From the NCBI GenBank assembly GCA_020697295.1, contig JAJFBF010000005.1, positions 13,994 to 77,993 of the forward strand: DNA of 64,000 nt, in the 5' to 3' direction. Shown here one piece after another: positions 1 through 10,318 of this stretch (positions are counted from its first letter, which is position 1; the number at the start of each line of letters is the position of its first letter). Source of the DNA: Moraxellaceae bacterium. GTDB lineage: Bacteria > Pseudomonadota > Gammaproteobacteria > Pseudomonadales > Moraxellaceae. A model generated the notes under the pieces. It was not told where the DNA came from. It saw only the letters and a program-made list of their open reading frames with translations, and searched no databases. A program made the translations under genes and the position numbers.

Positions 1-20
1 ATTCCCCAGGGGTTCTGAAA

Positions 21-1007
21 GTGTCGTGGTTTGTGCTCGTGCTTCTATGCGCGGGATTTATGACGTTTCTGGTGACTTTTGCGATTTTTTTCGAACATTG
101 GCAGAGTCAGATTCTGCCTCTTTTCGTGTTTTTTGCAGTATTTACCCGTTACGCTTACCTAAAGCTGAAGTCGGCAAAGGCCGGATATCTTCTCGACGAT
201 AATTGGGTTGACGGGTTCATCTTTCGCATCCTTGATAGGCTTTCACCGGCCAATTGGCCTGTACTGCCTGTGCTGGTCGGTTGCTTGGCCTGGATCGGAG
301 TTGGGTATGCCTTTGCGGAGTCTGGCTCATTCTCATTCGTTTTGGGGCAGGCCTTTGCTTATGGGGCACCTGCTGGTCTTACGATTCTGGTTTTGGCTGG
401 CATACTCTCATTTATTCCGTATGTTCAGGAGAATCTAGATGTAAAGTGGATGGTGATCCTGTTCTCTGCTGCCGGCGTAGTTTTTTTTCAGCTACGTGAT
501 CACCTTGCTGTAGAGAAGTTGGAAGAGCGACAAGCAGAGGTGGCTTCTTCATTGCCTCATGTTTCAGGGGATAGTAGTCGGTCGCCTATCAATAGCGGTC
601 ATAATGCTCTCACAGACTACGATACTATGTTGGGTGAGCTTGAGCGAAAGCATCCTGCTATTAATCCTGATTCTCCTCGGTTTGATCCTGCAGTTACTGA
701 AAAAGTCGCCAACGCGATGAGCGTTTGGCAGGCCAGAGGTCTCCCTAAAGAGCAGGCTCTTAGGATGGCGGTTGACGAGGTTATCTACGGCGCGGGACTG
801 AAGAGGGAGCAGGCAGGTGCTCGTACCGAAGTTACGCAGTCAGCAGTTCAGCAGGGTGGCAATCGGAAAGGTAGGGGCGCGGAAGACAGCGCTCAGTATT
901 CGGGTGGTGGGTCAACTTACCCTGATTGTGAATTCAAGAATGTGATGACTAACGAAGACTGGATCAAGTGTGGTAGAACGCCGCCGTCGTATGACTATGC
1001 CAAGTGA
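21..1007 (+). CDS. hypothetical membrane protein (multi-TM N-terminus, soluble C-terminus)
   Basis: 328-aa ORF with a GTG start and AGGGG upstream. Hydrophobic segments FVLVLLCAGFMTFLVTFAIFF, ILPLFVFFAVF, VLPVLVGCLAWIGVGYAF, GLTILVLAGILSFI, MVILFSAAGVVFF. AT-richer than its neighbours. Confidence 0.5.
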   Translation: MSWFVLVLLCAGFMTFLVTFAIFFEHWQSQILPLFVFFAVFTRYAYLKLKSAKAGYLLDDNWVDGFIFRILDRLSPANWPVLPVLVGCLAWIGVGYAFAESGSFSFVLGQAFAYGAPAGLTILVLAGILSFIPYVQENLDVKWMVILFSAAGVVFFQLRDHLAVEKLEERQAEVASSLPHVSGDSSRSPINSGHNALTDYDTMLGELERKHPAINPDSPRFDPAVTEKVANAMSVWQARGLPKEQALRMAVDEVIYGAGLKREQAGARTEVTQSAVQQGGNRKGRGAEDSAQYSGGGSTYPDCEFKNVMTNEDWIKCGRTPPSYDYAK

Positions 1008-1168
1008 TCGGGCACCGCCTTGATGCTCTTGGAGGGATGAGCCGGCGAGGCCTGTTGAATTGCCCCCAAAACTGGCCCACTTCAGGGCCTGAAACGTGTT
1101 GGGCGGGGGCATAATGGCTCCATCCTCACAACGGTTGGAGCTTCCGCGATACCCGGGGCGGCTCAAGG

Positions 1169-4100
1169 TCATGTCGGGGGCTCCAGCTTTATCAGGCTGC
1201 TCTCTACCAGTTTGGCCAGCTGAGTTTCGTCCAGGTGGGTTCCCAGACAGGCCAGCAAGTCCTCCTGGCGAGGCTGTGCAAAGGCCAATCGGTAGAGCGA
1301 CAGGCCGCGCTTCAGGGCGTGATACCTCCCTGTGTCACGACTGAAGGGCATGTCAAAGATCTGGCGCTGTACCTTGCTTCCCTCCGGTACATCATAAATC
1401 CAGTACGGGATCAGGTCTGTGCTGTCGGCAGGCTTGTCCCGATTGGCTTGTTCAAAGACATATCGCCAGGGGTCCTGCTCAGGCCCCACTTCTGCAAGTC
1501 TGTCGCTATAACGCAGGGCCACGTTCTTGCGCACCGCATGTCCCTTATATCGATGCACGCGACCTTCACGCTGTTCCATGTCCACGGGATTTGATGGCAG
1601 GTTCCAGTGGACCACTGAATGACACCAGTGGTGAAAATCCAGGCCCTCCTGTCCCACCGATGTGGACGTCAGTACAAAGGGACGAAAGGGCGAATTGAAG
1701 GCTTCCTTTACTGCCCCCTTGCGAGCGACAGCCTTGTTGTCTTCGGAGAACTCGCCCAGCCGCAGGGCGAAATGGCAGCGAATGGAGTGGGGCTCGAAGT
1801 CGATCCGGTCACCTTCCACCTTGATTATGTCCGGCATGACTTTGACCGTTCGCAGGGAGAGTGCCTCGAACATGGCATCCGCAACCTTGGCTGCGGTCGC
1901 CCCCGTGCTGATACTTCCCAGACTGCAGCGCTCTGCCAGCATGTGCGCATATTCGTCCAGGACAGCCTGGAGATTGCCCTCTATCCCGTAGCGCAGTACG
2001 CGCTGCCAGTACGCATCCGCATCACTGGTCTTCAGCAGCGCGGTGGCCAAGGGATGGTTGAACTGGCTTCTCAGGCCTTCGGCACCGCGAACGGCGGCGT
2101 CCAGTACGTCCCAGTCATCCAGCTTTGCATGCTCAATGCTCCGCCGCAGTGACCGCAGCATGCAGGTCCCATGGCCTGCAAGAGCCAGGTCCGCCACGAC
2201 CTCGGCCAGGTCGTCAGGTACGCGTCCGAGGTTCGGCACCGGGGTGTCCCAACACTCCACCCAGTGTGCTACGTGTGCATCGAACGACGTTTCCTGTCCG
2301 TCGTCGGGGTCAACTCCATCCTTCTCATCGGCGCGGGGGGCGGCCGCCCATCGGTGGCGGCACCACTCCACGAGACGAGGCTGATGCCGTTGCTCAAGGC
2401 GGATAAGGGCGAGCCAGTACCAGCGTCGGTCAGGGGCCCCCGTAGCCGTCGGGGCATCCACCACGGGGGCCAGCAAGGCCTGAGCGCGCTGGATGGCTAC
2501 TTCGCGCACTCTGGTCAGGGTTGGCTGGGGCCCCAGGGAAGAGGCAATCGACAGAGGATCGATCTCCGCCGCCAGGGTAGGGGAGGGAAACATTAATGCC
2601 AGCGTCGACATGCTCGCTGCGCGCTCCTTGTCCTGCATCCGGAAGCGAAGGTGCTGGCCCAGTCGCTTGGGCATGTCGTGATAGTTGCCGGCATAGCCGG
2701 CTTCTTGCACGAGTCTGCGCTCGACCTGATAGGAAATCAGCGCAGAGACAGCATCCGGCACCAGGTTCCAGGCGGAGAAAAGCAGGCGTTTGACGGCGCC
2801 CTTGGCAGTGGCGAAAGCCCCTTCCTGCTGCCAGTACGGCATCGAGGGAGGTAGCCAAAGCAGCTGCCACAGGCCGGACTGCTCGATTTCATCCCAGAGG
2901 GCGCGCAGGCGTGGATTCCCCACTTCCACGTCCCGGTAGTGATCGAAGGCAGAGGAATCCAGCAATAGACGTTCGTTGCTCCGCAGGAGCTGGGCTAGCT
3001 CGGGCGCCCGGCGGGCCGCCCGTTTCCGGAGGTCCTGCTTCAGCTGGTAGTCCTTCATGAAGTTCAGCACATAGGAGCCGGACTTCCAGTATTCCATGAC
3101 GTCCTGGCGCTGCTCGAGGTCGCTGGCGACGCGGTCCACGAGGCGGAATGCCTCCAGGTCCCGGGGGCTGAGGCGCGGCCTGATCAGCTGCTCGGCCACC
3201 ATGCCGTCCCGGCTGTCGGTATGGCCGATGCGTTCGGTTCGGCACATGATCGATAACAGCTTCTGCTCCACCCTTTTGCGAATTTCGGGAAGGCCGGCGA
3301 GCGCGTCGGCATCGTTGTTGACCCGAAGCATGGCACGGCGGTAGTCCTTGAGGTCCCGCTCCAGGGCACTCAGGTCGTCATCGTGGCGAAACAGGAAGCG
3401 GGCTGTCTGGATGAAGTCCTTGTAGTGGTCCTCTGCTTCGGAGTCCTGTACGTACATTTTGTAGGGCGTCGCTGACAGCAGCAGCATCCGTACCTTGCCG
3501 TAATTGAAAAGCGCGTGGGCCAGCTCGGCTTCAGGACTATCTTCGGGGTTCCGAAGCAGATCCCGAAAGCGCTGAAATTCATCCAGGATCACCAGGTCGG
3601 GCTCCAGAGCACTCAAGCATTCCTTGGCAAGTGTCTGCCGCAGTTTGCCGATCAGCGACAGGCAGCGATTCCGGTCCTCCGATGAGATGCTTCGCAATTT
3701 GCGGCCGTCATGATATCGATCCGATAGCCATTCCAGCTCCATGCGGAGGGAGGCATTTTTTTGAATGGCTAGAAGGAAATCGCTGGCAATGTCTGGGTCG
3801 AAGCCAATCTCTTCTTCGACATAGTTAAACCAGCCGTCACCCGCCGGCCCCTGCAATGCGTTGACCAGGGCACGTTTTTTGAGCCATGGCAGCGAACACA
3901 GCATCTTGTAAAGCAGCCGGCGCTCTTCCTTGTGGCCGGAGCGGTGACCTTGGTCAAACGTTGTGCCAGGGGTAAAGCTGATCAGGTTTACCTTGCGCTT
4001 ACGCATGCCGTGAATATGCAGGGGCAGCAGGGTGAGCCGGGTTGCCATGGCAAATGGATCCATGCCGGGGAGCTTCAGGCTGTTAACATTCTGCTGGGCA

Positions 4101-4345
4101 ATGTCCGCATTTGAGCAGACATAGATCACGTCAATGCGAGGTTCGATATCCTGAAGATGCTCGATCGTCTTTGCCAGCAGTCCGCGGGCGATCATGGTTT
4201 TGCCCATGCCAACTTCGTCAGCCACCAGAAAGCGGCGCGTCTGCTGTTCGTCTACGAACAGTCGATGAAAGGCATAATCAACAGTTCGCTTCTGGAAGTC
4301 CTTGAGAGACGCCAGCGTATCGGTCGCACTGAACCGGTTCATCAT
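1169..4345 (-). CDS. SNF2-family (SF2) helicase
   Basis: Motifs LVADEVGMGKTMIARG (I), VILDEFQRF (II), LLLSATPYKM (III), TSVGQEGLDF...NLPSNPVDMEQREGRVHRYKG (V/VI). ATG at 4345 overlaps the upstream stop (ATGA). The ORF track start at 4384 is probably too long. Confidence 0.9.
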   Translation of the reverse strand: MMNRFSATDTLASLKDFQKRTVDYAFHRLFVDEQQTRRFLVADEVGMGKTMIARGLLAKTIEHLQDIEPRIDVIYVCSNADIAQQNVNSLKLPGMDPFAMATRLTLLPLHIHGMRKRKVNLISFTPGTTFDQGHRSGHKEERRLLYKMLCSLPWLKKRALVNALQGPAGDGWFNYVEEEIGFDPDIASDFLLAIQKNASLRMELEWLSDRYHDGRKLRSISSEDRNRCLSLIGKLRQTLAKECLSALEPDLVILDEFQRFRDLLRNPEDSPEAELAHALFNYGKVRMLLLSATPYKMYVQDSEAEDHYKDFIQTARFLFRHDDDLSALERDLKDYRRAMLRVNNDADALAGLPEIRKRVEQKLLSIMCRTERIGHTDSRDGMVAEQLIRPRLSPRDLEAFRLVDRVASDLEQRQDVMEYWKSGSYVLNFMKDYQLKQDLRKRAARRAPELAQLLRSNERLLLDSSAFDHYRDVEVGNPRLRALWDEIEQSGLWQLLWLPPSMPYWQQEGAFATAKGAVKRLLFSAWNLVPDAVSALISYQVERRLVQEAGYAGNYHDMPKRLGQHLRFRMQDKERAASMSTLALMFPSPTLAAEIDPLSIASSLGPQPTLTRVREVAIQRAQALLAPVVDAPTATGAPDRRWYWLALIRLEQRHQPRLVEWCRHRWAAAPRADEKDGVDPDDGQETSFDAHVAHWVECWDTPVPNLGRVPDDLAEVVADLALAGHGTCMLRSLRRSIEHAKLDDWDVLDAAVRGAEGLRSQFNHPLATALLKTSDADAYWQRVLRYGIEGNLQAVLDEYAHMLAERCSLGSISTGATAAKVADAMFEALSLRTVKVMPDIIKVEGDRIDFEPHSIRCHFALRLGEFSEDNKAVARKGAVKEAFNSPFRPFVLTSTSVGQEGLDFHHWCHSVVHWNLPSNPVDMEQREGRVHRYKGHAVRKNVALRYSDRLAEVGPEQDPWRYVFEQANRDKPADSTDLIPYWIYDVPEGSKVQRQIFDMPFSRDTGRYHALKRGLSLYRLAFAQPRQEDLLACLGTHLDETQLAKLVESSLIKLEPPT

Positions 4346-6144
4346 TCCTTGCTCTCCCGGCCAGCACTCGCTACTACTTGCCACAGGGCCTCGAATTCTT
4401 CCGGCACAATGTCACCCTCGGCCACCTTGTCCTGCCGAAGGCGCACCATCACCGATTCGATGTAGTCCAGCTTTCCTGGATCGCGGGCATAGGCGCGTGC
4501 CAGCATTTCGAAGAGCGACTCATTTGTGCCTGCTTCTGCATTCCAGCCGCCCTTGCCCTTACCTTGCTTGTCAGGCTTCTCGAGGTCAGGCCCCTGCTTA
4601 CCCAGCAACAGCAGCATGTAGCGGAGGAATCCCTCCCGGTTCTCCAGAATGCCCCGCATCACATCGGCATCCCGGCCAGCCGGCGGGTTGATCAGAGGGA
4701 TCTCCAGGCCAAAGTTCAGCTCCACCTCATTGAGCCGCAGGCGAAAGCCCACCAAAGACGTGACATCCCGCAAGGACAAGCGTGGCATGGTGGGCTCAGG
4801 AGGCGTGGCGCCCCGGTTAACTGCGGTGGCAGCGGTTGCGGGCACGGTGAGCGGCCACACGGCAAGCTCAAGGGTGGCCGGCCCCGGCAGCGAGAGGCCC
4901 TTCAATGTCAGTGTCCAGCCGTCTTCGGTTTGGTCGCATGCCAGAGAGAGGGACTGCATTGCAATACTGCGCCGGGCATCGTCCAGTAGCTGCTGGTCCC
5001 GAATCGTGGCCGCGTCTTCCGCCGGCACTTCGCTGCGCTGATAGGGCTCCAGAATGTCTCCGATGCCCGCGCTGCTGATCCAGTCGGACGGCAGGCCAGC
5101 CTTGCGTTTGCCCGTCAGCTCGACCATGAACTCGACATTTTTACCCGCCATCAGTGCGGCATCTGTTGCGTTGGCCGACCCGACAAACAGATGCGTATCC
5201 CATCCGGCCTGTCCGATATAGGCCTTGGCATGCAAGCCCGTGAGCCGGTCTGATTCGGTGCCCCCGGTCTCTAACTGGTCTGCTCCGTCGCGCATGACAA
5301 GTACCTGCTGAAACGCGCCAAAAGCTCTCTCGGGGAGGCGGTCGAGTTCCTCCGCCCGTGATACCAGGAAGAGGGGGGTATGGCTGCATTCGGCCAGTTG
5401 CCGCAACGCCCCTTCACCTATAAACGGCGAGATCACGCCTAGCTCATCCCAGCGCCGGTCGAGCCGGGCTGGCAGCCACGGAGCTGGCTGTTTGCCAAGG
5501 CCCAGTGCATGGAACTCAATCTGCTCAAATTTGCCGGGCAATTCCCACTCCGCAGCCGAGGCGTCCAAAATCAGGGTATCCAGATCGGATGCCCGCCGTT
5601 TGGACATATCCTTATGCTTCAGCCCCGCCACGCTTTTCAGGAAGGCTGCCAGCTTGTCCTGGCGCCGGTGTTTCTTGCCTACCGGGCCCTCCAGGCATAC
5701 CGAGAGATCCCAGGATCCGTCGTCCGTGAGATTGCGGGACATTACCAGCAGCCGTAGAAATGGCGGGTCGCCGCCTTCTTCGGGTTTGAATCGCATCAGC
5801 CAGACCTTGGGGTGAAATGCGCCGCCATGGGGCGCGACCACTTCATGCACCATGGTTTCCAGCAGGGACAGCAAGGGGCTGGCGGCGCGCGGCACCTGTA
5901 ACCGTCCCCGCTCACTGAATACGGTGAAACGCTCGGCGACCCGGCGCAGGCCTTCCAGGGCAAGGACCGGGTCCAGGTTGTCGGGAGTGTCGTCGCCGGT
6001 CGCAAGCCACGCCATATGAAGAGGCATTGCTAGCAGGGTGACCAGGTCGAGCGAGAATGTGGTGGCAACCCCGCAATCAAAGACATGACCGGGAGGCGGA
6101 GTGAGCGCATCGCTCAGCAGCAGGCGGGTCTCGGGACTGATCAT
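4342..6144 (-). CDS. phospholipase D-like (single HKD motif) nuclease-family protein
   Basis: 600-aa ORF with HKD motif GLHAKAYIGQAGWDTHLFVGSANATDAAL. ATGA overlaps at both ends (6141-6144, 4342-4345). Confidence 0.88.
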   Translation of the reverse strand: MISPETRLLLSDALTPPPGHVFDCGVATTFSLDLVTLLAMPLHMAWLATGDDTPDNLDPVLALEGLRRVAERFTVFSERGRLQVPRAASPLLSLLETMVHEVVAPHGGAFHPKVWLMRFKPEEGGDPPFLRLLVMSRNLTDDGSWDLSVCLEGPVGKKHRRQDKLAAFLKSVAGLKHKDMSKRRASDLDTLILDASAAEWELPGKFEQIEFHALGLGKQPAPWLPARLDRRWDELGVISPFIGEGALRQLAECSHTPLFLVSRAEELDRLPERAFGAFQQVLVMRDGADQLETGGTESDRLTGLHAKAYIGQAGWDTHLFVGSANATDAALMAGKNVEFMVELTGKRKAGLPSDWISSAGIGDILEPYQRSEVPAEDAATIRDQQLLDDARRSIAMQSLSLACDQTEDGWTLTLKGLSLPGPATLELAVWPLTVPATAATAVNRGATPPEPTMPRLSLRDVTSLVGFRLRLNEVELNFGLEIPLINPPAGRDADVMRGILENREGFLRYMLLLLGKQGPDLEKPDKQGKGKGGWNAEAGTNESLFEMLARAYARDPGKLDYIESVMVRLRQDKVAEGDIVPEEFEALWQVVASAGRESKE

Positions 6145-7343
6145 TGCTGATAGCCCTCAAACCATTCCTGGAGGAAGCGCTGGGTGATATTCCAACGATA
6201 ATTGAGAAGGCCGAGGCCTGCCGAACCGCTCCATTGCCGCAGCGCGGCCGGACTGGCGAATCGGGAGCGCGCCTTCTTCAATACGCCCTCGCGCCGCTGG
6301 ATCAGTTGCCGGGCGTCGTTCAGGGCCGCGACTTTGTTGCCTGCGTTCCGGGACAATTCCAGCCAGGACTGTACAAAGTCCCGTGTTGATTTGTCCGGCG
6401 GACTGCCATGCTGGCCCAATATGGCCCACAGATCGGTTGGCACCCAGTCAGCCAGGAGGTCCTGGTTTTCGCGCGCGCGGTCGCTTAGCTGCTGCCGGTA
6501 GTCCTCTACCAGCTGCTCTCGTCCGGACCGCTCTGCCAGCTGCAGGTTGTAGAGCAGGGCGGCAGCCTTTACGAGGTAGGCAAAGCGGTGGGCGTGCCCT
6601 ACCAGAACAAGCAGGGCGGGCGGAAAGTCTACTTGGCGCGGGTGCAGCCAGATCTCGTCGACCGGGTCCAGTTGCTGCCGATCGGCCGTGTCCTGCGCCA
6701 GCCAGTTCAGCAAAGAACCCTTCGGCCCCTTGCCCCACAGATCAAGTAGCAGCTCTGCCTCTGCACGCTCAATGCTCATGGTGGCGCCTTTTGGATAGCC
6801 ATCCGGCATCAGCTTCAGGACTTGTTGGTGCCAGGTACTGGCAGTCCCGAACCCTTCCTCGTCATCATCCGCGGCCTTGCGATGGGCTCGACGTTCCAGA
6901 TAGAGATCATCCATGGCAGCGAAATAGCGCGACTGCGCACCGCTGAACAACCGGAATCCCCATGCCTCAAGGCCCGCCCAGTAGACGGAGCTTGGCAGCC
7001 GCTTCAGGCTGCTGCCGGCGTCGCTGCCGATGTAGTCCGACTCTCCGCTTGCCTGAAAGGCCTCCATCAACTGAATTTCGGCGCGACGTGAAGCGGCAGG
7101 TAGCTCGCGGGAACTTATCCTCCGGTCCTCCAGCTGCGCCATTAGCCAGGGAATGTGAAACATATAGCGAAGGCGTGTCTGGATGGTCGATGTGCCGGGA
7201 AACAGGATGTCAGCAATGGCGTCACGAACGCCGCCAATGCCGAGTTCGTCACGGGACTCTGGCGCGTTAAATGAGGAGATCAGCTGCAGGCTGCGCTGTC
7301 GCGCCGTACTGTCCCGGTCCACCCAGGCAATTGAAGAACCCAT
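6141..7343 (-). CDS. hypothetical protein, first gene of the helicase/PLD operon
   Basis: 400-aa ORF with protein-like composition, translationally coupled to the PLD gene. No motif I can name. Confidence 0.75.
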   Translation of the reverse strand: MGSSIAWVDRDSTARQRSLQLISSFNAPESRDELGIGGVRDAIADILFPGTSTIQTRLRYMFHIPWLMAQLEDRRISSRELPAASRRAEIQLMEAFQASGESDYIGSDAGSSLKRLPSSVYWAGLEAWGFRLFSGAQSRYFAAMDDLYLERRAHRKAADDDEEGFGTASTWHQQVLKLMPDGYPKGATMSIERAEAELLLDLWGKGPKGSLLNWLAQDTADRQQLDPVDEIWLHPRQVDFPPALLVLVGHAHRFAYLVKAAALLYNLQLAERSGREQLVEDYRQQLSDRARENQDLLADWVPTDLWAILGQHGSPPDKSTRDFVQSWLELSRNAGNKVAALNDARQLIQRREGVLKKARSRFASPAALRQWSGSAGLGLLNYRWNITQRFLQEWFEGYQQ

Positions 7344-7795
7344 TTTATGTCAGCATCTCGGCGTAAGTTATTATTGTTGGCGCGGCTATAGACGTTCTTC
7401 GCGCGGGGCCTGGCTTACGCAATCTAGAGGCCCTCGTTGGCGGGGGCAAGCTGCGGGAAATACCTATGTCCGGCTGGCTTCCTGAGGCCTGGGCTCCCTT
7501 CTGCAGGGAGGTTGGCCTCCCTTTGGCCGGTTGCTGGCATCTTCTGTCAATATTACGTGCGTCGAGCGACAGAATGTGTCGTGCCATGGGCCAGGGTTTT
7601 CCCCGATTTCAGGGCCAGCTCGAATTTCCCCTTTCATCTCGGGCAGGTGCCTTGGGGGTAGGGAGGGCAGGGGGGCGTCGGGGAGGTCTAAGGCGGGCGG
7701 CTTGTAGGGGAATGAGAACGGCATTAACCTCAACTCACATCGCAGGGGTCCACATTGGACATACTGCATTCCTTGGTCTCCGATTGCCCTCCCTA

Positions 7796-8221
7796 ATGTC
7801 GACACGTCTTGACCTGCCCCCCGTTCCCCAGCTGCGTGAGCTTCTCCTGACGGAGTTTGGTGAGAAGGCGAATTGCTTTGAGCTTCGCGCTTTCGCCATG
7901 ACCAATCTGGCGGGAGACGAGTTTGCCAGGACGAAGCGACCTGGCATTTATGTGTTTTGGCATGAGGACGTTGGCTATCTGAAGATAGGAAAGAGCCAGA
8001 CCAACGCCTCGAAGCGGGCGCTTGAGCATGTACGTGATAACACTCGCACGAAGGATGGGGCTGCCGTTCAGATTCATATGACGGACATGCGGGAGTGCCC
8101 GAAGTGTCATCTTATCCTTGTGAACCTGGATTCGCCCCGCAACATGCACTGGGTGCTCGCCCTGGAGCATTACCTGGAAAATACGTTGAACCCCCGGATT
8201 CGATCGGCGCGTAATGGCTAA
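7796..8221 (+). CDS. GIY-YIG nuclease-domain protein (stand-alone)
   Basis: PGIYVFWHEDVGYLKIGKS...KRALEH...LALEHYLENTLNP fits the GIY-YIG / R / E / N pattern. Internal ATG at 7796 chosen, because the upstream 110 codons of the ORF look non-coding. Confidence 0.6.
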   Translation: MSTRLDLPPVPQLRELLLTEFGEKANCFELRAFAMTNLAGDEFARTKRPGIYVFWHEDVGYLKIGKSQTNASKRALEHVRDNTRTKDGAAVQIHMTDMRECPKCHLILVNLDSPRNMHWVLALEHYLENTLNPRIRSARNG

Positions 8222-8649
8222 AGCAAACCGGGTAGGCTACGGCAGGGTGGTGACCGTTTCGAGTAATTGTTGGGGCGCAGTGTCTAAGCTAACGGGGTTG
8301 CTCTTGATCGAAAATGCATCCCTCGGCTTCCGTTCAAGGAAGTAATCCTCTCTGCGTTTGCACCTGATGGGTGGGGAATGCCATCCAGGATACGGATAGG
8401 ATCCACCACGCCTTGCCCGGCGGGCCAGTGCATCCTTGCCACTGGAACAGCTTCGGCGGTGGTACTCCTATCTCCGGATGCTTCTGGAGATCGAGGGTCT
8501 ATTACTAGGTAAATGGTTCCTTCATGACCATATCCTGATTGATATGCTGACTCCATGTGGTTCCGTAAGTCATCAAATTCATGCAGTAGGTTTCGCTTAA
8601 TAATGGGTGTGATATGGTTTATGCAGTTATCAGTTGAGGGAGATCTCGA

Positions 8650-9507
8650 ATGGGTTATGTACTGAAAGCGGATCAGCTAAAGTTTGCTATTGCGGAAACG
8701 AGTTCTTTCGACTCCCAGCCGCCATATGAATTCATGCCGGGTGATGAGGAGTTAACCCGGGAAATTCTTGAGTCTCCTAGTATATTGGCACTACTTCCGA
8801 GTGGTGATGGCGGAGCCTTGCCTCCTAGTGGAGCAGACGGAGAGATGGTGCTTGAGTCACCAGATGGGCGGCGATATTTCGTGCCTCCGCGATATCAGCC
8901 CCTTGTAAGTATTGTGGCGCTACACTCGGGTGCGTTTGCGCAAGATGCCTCTCTCCAGATACTTCAGAAATTTTTCGATTATTTGCGGGATCTGCTTGGC
9001 TGGATAATGACCCGGAAAGCCTCACTGCGTACGCAAGTTGAGGATATTCTTAAGGATGCCGACTCGATCTATGAAAGTTTTCGTCTCCAAGTTCATGGAA
9101 TGCAAAAGCAGCATGACGACCATATTATTAGCCTTGTTCTGCTGATTCCGGACTTATTTGTATATCTTTGCAGGCTTTTTGCTGACAAGGATGTTGATCG
9201 TCGCGCAAAGGGTGAGCTGATTCTCGCACTTGTGTATCTCGTTTCTCCCGTGGATATCCTCCCGGAGGCCATAATTCCTCCGCCATACGGTTTCCTGGAC
9301 GACATCGGGATTGTTCTTTACTTTTTGAGGAGATCCATGCGGGATGGGTATGTCGACAGGGCGGCGTTTGAGCGAAATTGGCCTGGTGATCCTGGGTTTC
9401 TTGATGCGATGGAGGAGTGGTGGCAGACCATCCTGACTGTTTTGGATGAGCATTTTATTGAAAGTATTGTTAAGGCCGTGCGAGGCCGTACCAAAAAAGG
9501 CAAATAA
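8650..9507 (+). CDS. DUF1232 (YkvA-like) domain protein
   Basis: ALVYLVSPVDILPEAIIPPPYGFLDDIGIVLYFL matches the DUF1232 signature as I recall it. GAGGGAG SD. Lies in an AT-richer patch. Confidence 0.6.
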   Translation: MGYVLKADQLKFAIAETSSFDSQPPYEFMPGDEELTREILESPSILALLPSGDGGALPPSGADGEMVLESPDGRRYFVPPRYQPLVSIVALHSGAFAQDASLQILQKFFDYLRDLLGWIMTRKASLRTQVEDILKDADSIYESFRLQVHGMQKQHDDHIISLVLLIPDLFVYLCRLFADKDVDRRAKGELILALVYLVSPVDILPEAIIPPPYGFLDDIGIVLYFLRRSMRDGYVDRAAFERNWPGDPGFLDAMEEWWQTILTVLDEHFIESIVKAVRGRTKKGK

Positions 9508-9605
9508 GGCGAACTTTGCAGGATTAATTTGAAGGTGTCTTTCGGCTTAAGGAGAGCCCGATCCCCAATGTCACGAATGCAATGCCCTCATTGGAATGCT
9601 GCCTC

Positions 9606-10250
9606 TTAGCCATCAATAAATCGACCATTCTCAAACATTATAATTTCAATAGCGCGCAGGGATGTTACCGGATACCCAATTTTCGCATTTACCTTGCGAT
9701 GAAAATCGCTGAACTCCGCTCTGGCAGCAATTTCCTTAAGGGAGCTGAGATATTGAATATATAGCGTAGGGTTATTTACCTGATAGTGGTGCGGCTTCTT
9801 TCCATAAAGGAAGAAGTAAATGCGAGAATCCCAGATGGCATAGTTTTCGGGGGCGCAAAAATGGAGCAGCTTTGATGCGCCAACCATTGAGTTGTTTACG
9901 AGGCCCGAAAGACGAACCAGCTTCTCCTTGCAAAGAGGATGTCCAGCGCGCGCTTGCTCCAGCATGTCTGCTGCCTCTGAGGCCGTCGCCCTATCTTTGC
10001 CTTGGCCGAGCTCTAGGATTGTCGGCATCCAGCCATATACCATGTGGCAAGCTCTGACTACATCGCCTTCGCTGATGCGCTGAAGGCTGCTGAGGAGGCC
10101 AAGAAGATGTTTGTAGGAGATGATATACGACGATGTGCAGTCGATAGTTGTTTCATCAATGAGGGCGAGGATGTCGCGCATATCTTTCCCTGAGGGCTGA
10201 TGCAGAGCATGCGAGGCTGCAAATTGAACTGTGTAACTGCCTTCTGGCAC
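9606..10250 (-). CDS. hypothetical protein (last gene of the GTPase operon?)
   Basis: 214-aa ORF, co-oriented and 68 nt downstream of the 518-aa GTPase. AT-richer. No recognisable motif. Confidence 0.5.
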   Translation of the reverse strand: MPEGSYTVQFAASHALHQPSGKDMRDILALIDETTIDCTSSYIISYKHLLGLLSSLQRISEGDVVRACHMVYGWMPTILELGQGKDRATASEAADMLEQARAGHPLCKEKLVRLSGLVNNSMVGASKLLHFCAPENYAIWDSRIYFFLYGKKPHHYQVNNPTLYIQYLSSLKEIAARAEFSDFHRKVNAKIGYPVTSLRAIEIIMFENGRFIDG

Positions 10251-10318
10251 ACTGCGGCGTGGGCCGCAGAGTCTGGCTGCATGTGGACCTGCCAGACCCA
10301 GCGTCCCGCGTGACCTGT

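Noticed and set aside
7466-7795. N-terminal 110 codons of the 251-aa ORF containing the GIY-YIG domain
   Set aside because: Arg/Gly-rich and located in the divergent promoter region. The domain starts after the internal ATG at 7796.
8284-8556. 90-aa minus-strand ORF between the GIY-YIG and DUF1232 genes
   Set aside because: No SD or motif, and it lies in a spacer. Coding status cannot be supported.
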